From Thermoplasmata archaeon (GTDB taxonomy: Archaea > Thermoplasmatota > Thermoplasmata > Halarchaeoplasmatales > Halarchaeoplasmataceae): a stretch of DNA of 64,000 bases. Positions within the stretch are counted from its first letter, which is position 1. Each line of letters opens with the position of its first letter. Of this stretch, positions 59,392 through 64,000 are shown in pieces. The position numbers and the translations under genes were made by a program. Location of the stretch: positions 7,021 to 71,020 of the forward strand of contig PUNK01000039.1 of NCBI GenBank assembly GCA_003552585.1, read 5' to 3'. Under the pieces are notes generated by a model that was not told the origin of the DNA, searched no databases, and worked only from the letters and a program-made list of their open reading frames with translations.

Positions 59392-59781
59392 TCACAAAAG
59401 TTCCTCAATTTCACGTATGGTTTCTTCCTGAAGTGTTTCTAAAAGCTCTGAAATATCACAATCCTTGTTAACTTTGATCGCTAATATCGAATTCGACCCA
59501 CCATTGAGTATCATGATATCAGATTTCTTCAACTCTATAATCACATGGGAAAGCTCCTCATTTAACTCGTTAGTTGCTGTTTCAGCTGCACCTAAAAGGA
59601 TAGCGGACATCGCCACGTATGTTTCCTTATGTGCTTTTTCAGGTACCTCCCCTGCGATATGCATCCCACTGCGTGAAACTAAGGTTACCTCTTCGACGTC
59701 AGGATTATCTTCTTTCAATTTTTTTAATGATTTCTCGATGGAACTAGCTAAGGGCATATTGACCACTACCTCGAACAACAA
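59392..59781 (-). CDS. Roadblock/LC7 (MglB-like) domain protein
   Basis: ~120 aa with 'VTLVSRSGMHIAGEVP...YVAMSAILLGAAE', consistent with a Roadblock fold. The start may be the internal Met (MPLASS). Confidence 0.5.
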   Translation of the reverse strand: MLFEVVVNMPLASSIEKSLKKLKEDNPDVEEVTLVSRSGMHIAGEVPEKAHKETYVAMSAILLGAAETATNELNEELSHVIIELKKSDIMILNGGSNSILAIKVNKDCDISELLETLQEETIREIEELL

Positions 59782-59850
59782 GGTACACCCATCAATCGTG
59801 AGAGGTGATTATAAAGATTTTGCCTATTTTTTAAAGTTAGGTATGGCGAG

Positions 59851-60194
59851 CTATAAATGCTGGATGTAGATGGAAATTCCTCCTATCACGAGGAGTACTA
59901 CCAGAGGAAATATTCTGAACTGATAAGATGATGTTAGATATATCACTCCACCTACGAGTAAAGGACCAATGATACCTACCCCATTACCTATTCCATTCAT
60001 CAAGCCAGTTGACTGACCTAAGATCTCTTTATTGCAACTTATTTGGAGTACTGTAAAAAAAAGAGGGGAGTCATCTGTTCAAAGAGAAAAACTAGAAAAA
60101 GCAAAGGAACTAGTATCGAAAAAGTGAGACTCCCCAATAAAGTGAGTATAGCTACCAATATACCACCTATTACAAGAGATGTAAAGATTATGGT
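59851..60194 (-). pseudogene. C-terminal remnant of an MFS-type transporter gene, with a frameshift and no 5' part
   Basis: Hand translation in two frames gives 'VPETIIFTSLVIGGILVAILTLLGSLTFSILVPLLFLVFLF' and then 'EILGQSTGLMNGIGNGVGIIGPLLVGGVIYL...'. The remnant abuts the TnpB ORF end. Confidence 0.5.
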
Positions 60195-60211
60195 CTCAGG
60201 CACCTATCCTA

Positions 60212-61021
60212 TCAGATAAGAACCTGCATACATCCCGAGCATGGCCCCATATACGGTAAACTAGCTCCTAACGGAAGGTCAGCAAGGGCCATACCGTGTA
60301 CTTCCATAAGATAAACAGGTAACCATAAAGTAAGTCCCCCCATCACTCTGTTGATACTCCCTTTACCAGTGGGTTCGTTGGTTCTGCCCTGATGGACGAA
60401 GCTTATATTTATAGCACCCACGGTATCGCGATGTTCTTCCAGACCGCAATCTTTGCACTTAAACAACCTACCTCTTCTGACTTTATCTTCAGAACCACAT
60501 CTTGGACAAATACTGCTCGTACCACGTTCATCGATCAGTTCTACTGCTATTCCGTAGTTCTCAACCGTCCATCGTATCCTATCTGTTAGATACTTGTGAG
60601 ACCAATAGTTGTGTACCATACAGTCGGCTTTGTTGTTCCACTTCTCGTTCTCTCTTATACCTGTCATGTCACACATCACTACAGTATCCACGCCTGCCTG
60701 ATAGCACCGCTCGATGAAGTCGTGTGCGATCTTCCTTACAGCGTCTTTGAACTTCCTCTTACGCTGTCTGAACAACCTCTTTATCCGTTCCGATGTGTAC
60801 CTATCGTTCTCTTCCTTGGTCTGTGACTTTGACTTGCCTATCTGCTTGTTGTACAGCCACCATTCCGAGAGTAACGGTTTTCCGTCATAGGCTATCGTTT
60901 TATCCACACCTTCGATTTTAGCGGTGATTGGGTATATTACGCCTAAGTCGACGAATGCATGTAGGATTCTTATCAGGTCTCTTCTAGGGAACGAAGATTG
61001 CCTATCCTTTGAGTATTTCAA
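60212..61021 (-). mobile_element. tnpB: IS200/IS605-family TnpB (OrfB) remnant lacking the N-terminal ~150 aa
   Basis: Zn finger 'CPRCGSEDKVRRGRLFKCKDCG', RuvC-III-like 'HRDTVGAINI' and RuvC-I-like 'IEGVD'. The ORF opens only 4 codons upstream of a TTG, and no tnpA is present. Confidence 0.7.
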
Positions 61022-61075
61022 GAGTAAATGATGTTAAAATTTTTTGTTAGCCGCATATATTAAAAAAGACCGTTT

Positions 61076-61996
61076 CTATAAAAATACTCTTCTAAGCAAA
61101 CCCCTGAAATTCTTATAGAAATCACTACCAAAAAGAGACGCTAGTAGCCTCATTATTGTGAGTGGGTGGAAGGGTTTCAAAGTATATGCTTTCCTTATGT
61201 ACTCAATCCCTTTATCCCATTCTCTCAATGTAAAATATACCGACGCTAGCCAAAAGTGATGGCTTGAAAATATATCCTTGTTAGACATAAAGTTCTTACG
61301 ATGTTTGTCAAATAATTTTTCAAGGGCGTTGGCAAGGGCTTCATAATCTGAAGAAATGCTGTCTTGACTATAATACACAGTTACCAAGGGTTCATCCACC
61401 AGTTTAAACTTAAATTCTTTCGCCAACCTCAAAGCCATATCCCAATCTTGTGCTCTTGGGAGTTCTTCATCAAAATAACCAACTTCTTCAAAACACTCCT
61501 TTTTAACCAGTAAACTCACCGTACCTACAAAATTTCCTCTTAACAGAGGGCGAAACACATCGCCCTCCTTTGGGTTTACCCACTTTTCGGGCATATAGAA
61601 TCTATTACCTTTATCAGACTGCATGTCCTCTCCACAGTAGACAACTTTGATATCGTCAGAAGAATTCTCATAGACTTCCATCTGCTTTGAGATTTTTTCT
61701 GGTTCCCATCTATCGTCACTGTCTAGAAACGCAATAAATTCTCCTTTCGCCCTTTTTATACCCGTGTTTCTTGCTACATTAGCCCCCCGGTTCTTTGGAA
61801 GTTTAACATACCGTACTTTTGGATCTACGTATGACTCTACTACATCTTGGGTATTATCGGTAGAGCCGTCGTCGACAACGATCACCTCGAGATTTTTGTA
61901 TATTTGAGCGAGCACGCTATCTATTGATTTTTTGATGGTATCTCCACGATTATAGGTAGGTATTACCACTGAAACTAGTCTTTGTTGTCGAACCAT
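61076..61996 (-). CDS. Family 2 glycosyltransferase
   Basis: 'VSVVIPTYNRGDTI', 'VVDDGSTD' and 'FLDSDDRWEP'. Confidence 0.85.
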   Translation of the reverse strand: MVRQQRLVSVVIPTYNRGDTIKKSIDSVLAQIYKNLEVIVVDDGSTDNTQDVVESYVDPKVRYVKLPKNRGANVARNTGIKRAKGEFIAFLDSDDRWEPEKISKQMEVYENSSDDIKVVYCGEDMQSDKGNRFYMPEKWVNPKEGDVFRPLLRGNFVGTVSLLVKKECFEEVGYFDEELPRAQDWDMALRLAKEFKFKLVDEPLVTVYYSQDSISSDYEALANALEKLFDKHRKNFMSNKDIFSSHHFWLASVYFTLREWDKGIEYIRKAYTLKPFHPLTIMRLLASLFGSDFYKNFRGLLRRVFL

Positions 61997-62032
61997 GATA
62001 TGATATTAAAGATAAATACATGATATAAAGAA

Positions 62033-64000
62033 TTATACCCTTTTAATTGCGGATGGAGCTATATCTTTAAAAACAGGATTTTTTTCAAGGTTTTTTAACT
62101 TAGAAATGATAGATTCCTTCTCTATAGTATGGTTTTTCAGTAGGCGGTTCAAAGCTCTTAGTAGAATATCTTTTTCTACCTCCTCCCTGATTTCAAAAAG
62201 ATATTGTAACTGATTGAAATCCTCCAGCAACTCTTTATATTTTACAGCCCATCCTATAACCAAGGCAGGGACTCCATTTTTAAAGGCATGTATGATCGAA
62301 TGGTACCTCGATGCCACAACAAAGTCAAACTGCTTGATCATATGTTCCAGCTCAATTGCACTCATATCTTCCGACATTAATATCACATCGTTATTGTCAG
62401 AAAACAATTTCTTGATGTTGCGGCAAATATGTAGGTCACTTTGGGAGTGCCTTAATATGTATACTTTTTTACCCGCACCCAACAACGTATAAACTATGTT
62501 TTCGTACATCTTGTATATATCTTCCTTCTTACCCCTTTTCATAACTTGATTATTGGGTATTATACCTACCGAGTTCTTACCTATTTTTACGTTATCATAT
62601 TCGGGAATTTTGTTAAATATATTCTCCAATCTATAACCATCGTTGAGCAGTACCATGTCCCTTTCCTTTTCGACGTTTTTCGTGGTAAATTTCTTTACTT
62701 CCTTCATTCCATGATTTTCTCTAACATATATTTTCTTAGGATATTTGAGGTATTTACTCATCAGTGGGAAAAGGAGTGCTTTTTGTGCAACATGATATTC
62801 AAAGGGGCCCATTGACTGAGGTAAAATATAGAAGGGTATCGAAAATTTTTTGGCCAGCATTATCCTGATAAGATATTCAAATTGCAGTAGAAACCCCCAT
62901 AATAGGTCATCACTCATCTGAGATGATAGGTGGTAACCACTTATGTCTATAATCAAATCCGCTTCGGTTATCTTTTTCCTTAACCCTTTCTCCATCTCTA
63001 AAGAAAAAGAAATCCCTTCAAAGTCTATGAGGTGTTTTTCAGTAAGAATATTTAAAGCGATATCCAGTCTCCATGGCAACATGTCAAAGTTATACCTCCT
63101 TTTTTCTACTTCATCAAAATTAATATTACTGAGAGATAAGAGAGAGATGTTTTCGATAGGAAACCTTCTCTTCAATTGATCCACTACGGTAAAAGTCATT
63201 GCCTGCGCTCCTTTGTTTGATATACCTCCTCCGAAGATTACAACATTTTTAGGCGGTGTAATTTTTTTATCCTTTTTTACCCTGGTAAACAGGTCCTTTA
63301 GGAGAAAATTGCTCAGCCCTAAACACATTTTTCCTCCCTCTCTTACAAAGGAACCATAATCTTTCAGTTTGTTAATTGAAATGGAACGTTCGATTTTTTC
63401 AAATTTAGCCTCCTCCCCTAACTTAACCTCTCGTTTCCTTTTTTTTAATTTTTTTGTTCTTTTACCCTTACTTATCATTTTAGCAAAATCCAAATTTTCT
63501 CTCTTTTGAGAGATGTCCTGTGACTTTGCAATCGATTTAACACTTGATCTTTCTAAGTTAAAAATAGCAGAGTATTTATTCCACACCTTTTTTCCTTTTT
63601 TTGTTCGTATAATGATGCTGGATCGGCCAGGATACTCTTTCCCGGCGATATAACAGTCTCCAAAGGAAATATCCGCTTCACGGTTCAACTTATCTAAACA
63701 GTAGAGACAGCGCTCCAGTTGGAAGTACTCTTTGATACGGGTTCTCTCACTTCTATCGACGATCAACTCTCGTCCCGAGTCGAAATACAGCTTAGGATGG
63801 CCTGGCCACCCATCTTTTTCTTTGTTTCTATAATCAAAACGAATCAGTTTTTCATCATCTTTAGCAAACTTATTTTCAAAGTATTGTAAGACATTGAAGT
63901 TCAAAGTCTTATCACAGAACAGACCCAAAAACAACAAGTTCTCGTCGCTCATCTTTTTCAAACTGAGAAATTTTTTGATCCCGTTTATTTGACACGGTGT
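62033..64000 (-). CDS. Fusion of an FrhB/FdhB-like (coenzyme F420 hydrogenase beta-type) domain with a polysaccharide pyruvyl transferase, 5'-truncated by the window edge
   Basis: The frame is open to base 64000 ('TPCQINGIKKFLS' lies upstream of the listed start). 'CLYCLDKLNREADISFGDC' is an FrhB C-domain motif. The C-terminal ~400 aa look like a pyruvyl transferase ('VIFGGGISNKGAQAM', 'RYHSIIHAFKNGVPALVIGW'). Confidence 0.6.
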   Translation of the reverse strand, partial: TPCQINGIKKFLSLKKMSDENLLFLGLFCDKTLNFNVLQYFENKFAKDDEKLIRFDYRNKEKDGWPGHPKLYFDSGRELIVDRSERTRIKEYFQLERCLYCLDKLNREADISFGDCYIAGKEYPGRSSIIIRTKKGKKVWNKYSAIFNLERSSVKSIAKSQDISQKRENLDFAKMISKGKRTKKLKKRKREVKLGEEAKFEKIERSISINKLKDYGSFVREGGKMCLGLSNFLLKDLFTRVKKDKKITPPKNVVIFGGGISNKGAQAMTFTVVDQLKRRFPIENISLLSLSNINFDEVEKRRYNFDMLPWRLDIALNILTEKHLIDFEGISFSLEMEKGLRKKITEADLIIDISGYHLSSQMSDDLLWGFLLQFEYLIRIMLAKKFSIPFYILPQSMGPFEYHVAQKALLFPLMSKYLKYPKKIYVRENHGMKEVKKFTTKNVEKERDMVLLNDGYRLENIFNKIPEYDNVKIGKNSVGIIPNNQVMKRGKKEDIYKMYENIVYTLLGAGKKVYILRHSQSDLHICRNIKKLFSDNNDVILMSEDMSAIELEHMIKQFDFVVASRYHSIIHAFKNGVPALVIGWAVKYKELLEDFNQLQYLFEIREEVEKDILLRALNRLLKNHTIEKESIISKLKNLEKNPVFKDIAPSAIKRV

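Noticed and set aside
1-64000. CRISPR arrays, cas genes, rRNA genes, integrases, reverse transcriptases and inteins.
   Set aside because: None was detected on visual scanning of intergenic regions and the ORF translations. The absence is by eye only and is not a computed result.

Overview
AT-rich archaeal chromosomal segment. It has split rpoA'/A'', an unsplit rpoB, rpoH, L30e, a KH-type NusA, a thermosome, LSm-L37e, ABCE1, smc-scpA and archaeosine tgtA. The lineage cannot be resolved by eye. Most of the window is housekeeping. It opens with a 5'-partial NuoE/NuoF-like operon whose third subunit is a NuoG/GltD chimera. Next comes the RNAP operon rpoH-rpoB-rpoA1-rpoA2-rpl30e-nusA on the minus strand, then three tRNAs. 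Further genes are an MTA/purine salvage operon, thermosome, tmk, pyrF, cysteine desulfurase, tgtA, ABCE1, smc-scpA, glyA and gcvH. Accessory content includes a decayed IS5-like element next to tRNA-Lys and an N-terminally truncated TnpB abutting a broken MFS gene. It also includes a cphA/cphB (cyanophycin) pair, several signal-peptide plus C-terminal-anchor surface proteins, and the edge of an EPS cluster. The best-supported unusual observations are: (1) a tRNA-Lys(UUU) interrupted by two non-canonical introns (D-loop and T-loop) and none at 37/38; (2) cyanophycin synthetase plus cyanophycinase in an archaeal context; (3) a Bfu/NfnABC-like three-subunit flavin/Fe-S module; (4) lineage-specific insertions in RNAP subunits A'' (HhH plus polybasic N-extension) and B (Zn-ribbon insert); (5) tgtA, whose conserved N-terminus lies upstream of the first ATG. 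The only candidate for an undescribed system is the small-gene islet at about 33.3-36.7 kb: a MoaD/SAMP-like Ubl, an overlapping wHTH trio, a translationally coupled AbrB-GGCT pair and an orphan Csa3-like CARF-wHTH regulator. Evidence that these genes act together is weak. No CRISPR array, cas gene, rRNA or integrase was seen.
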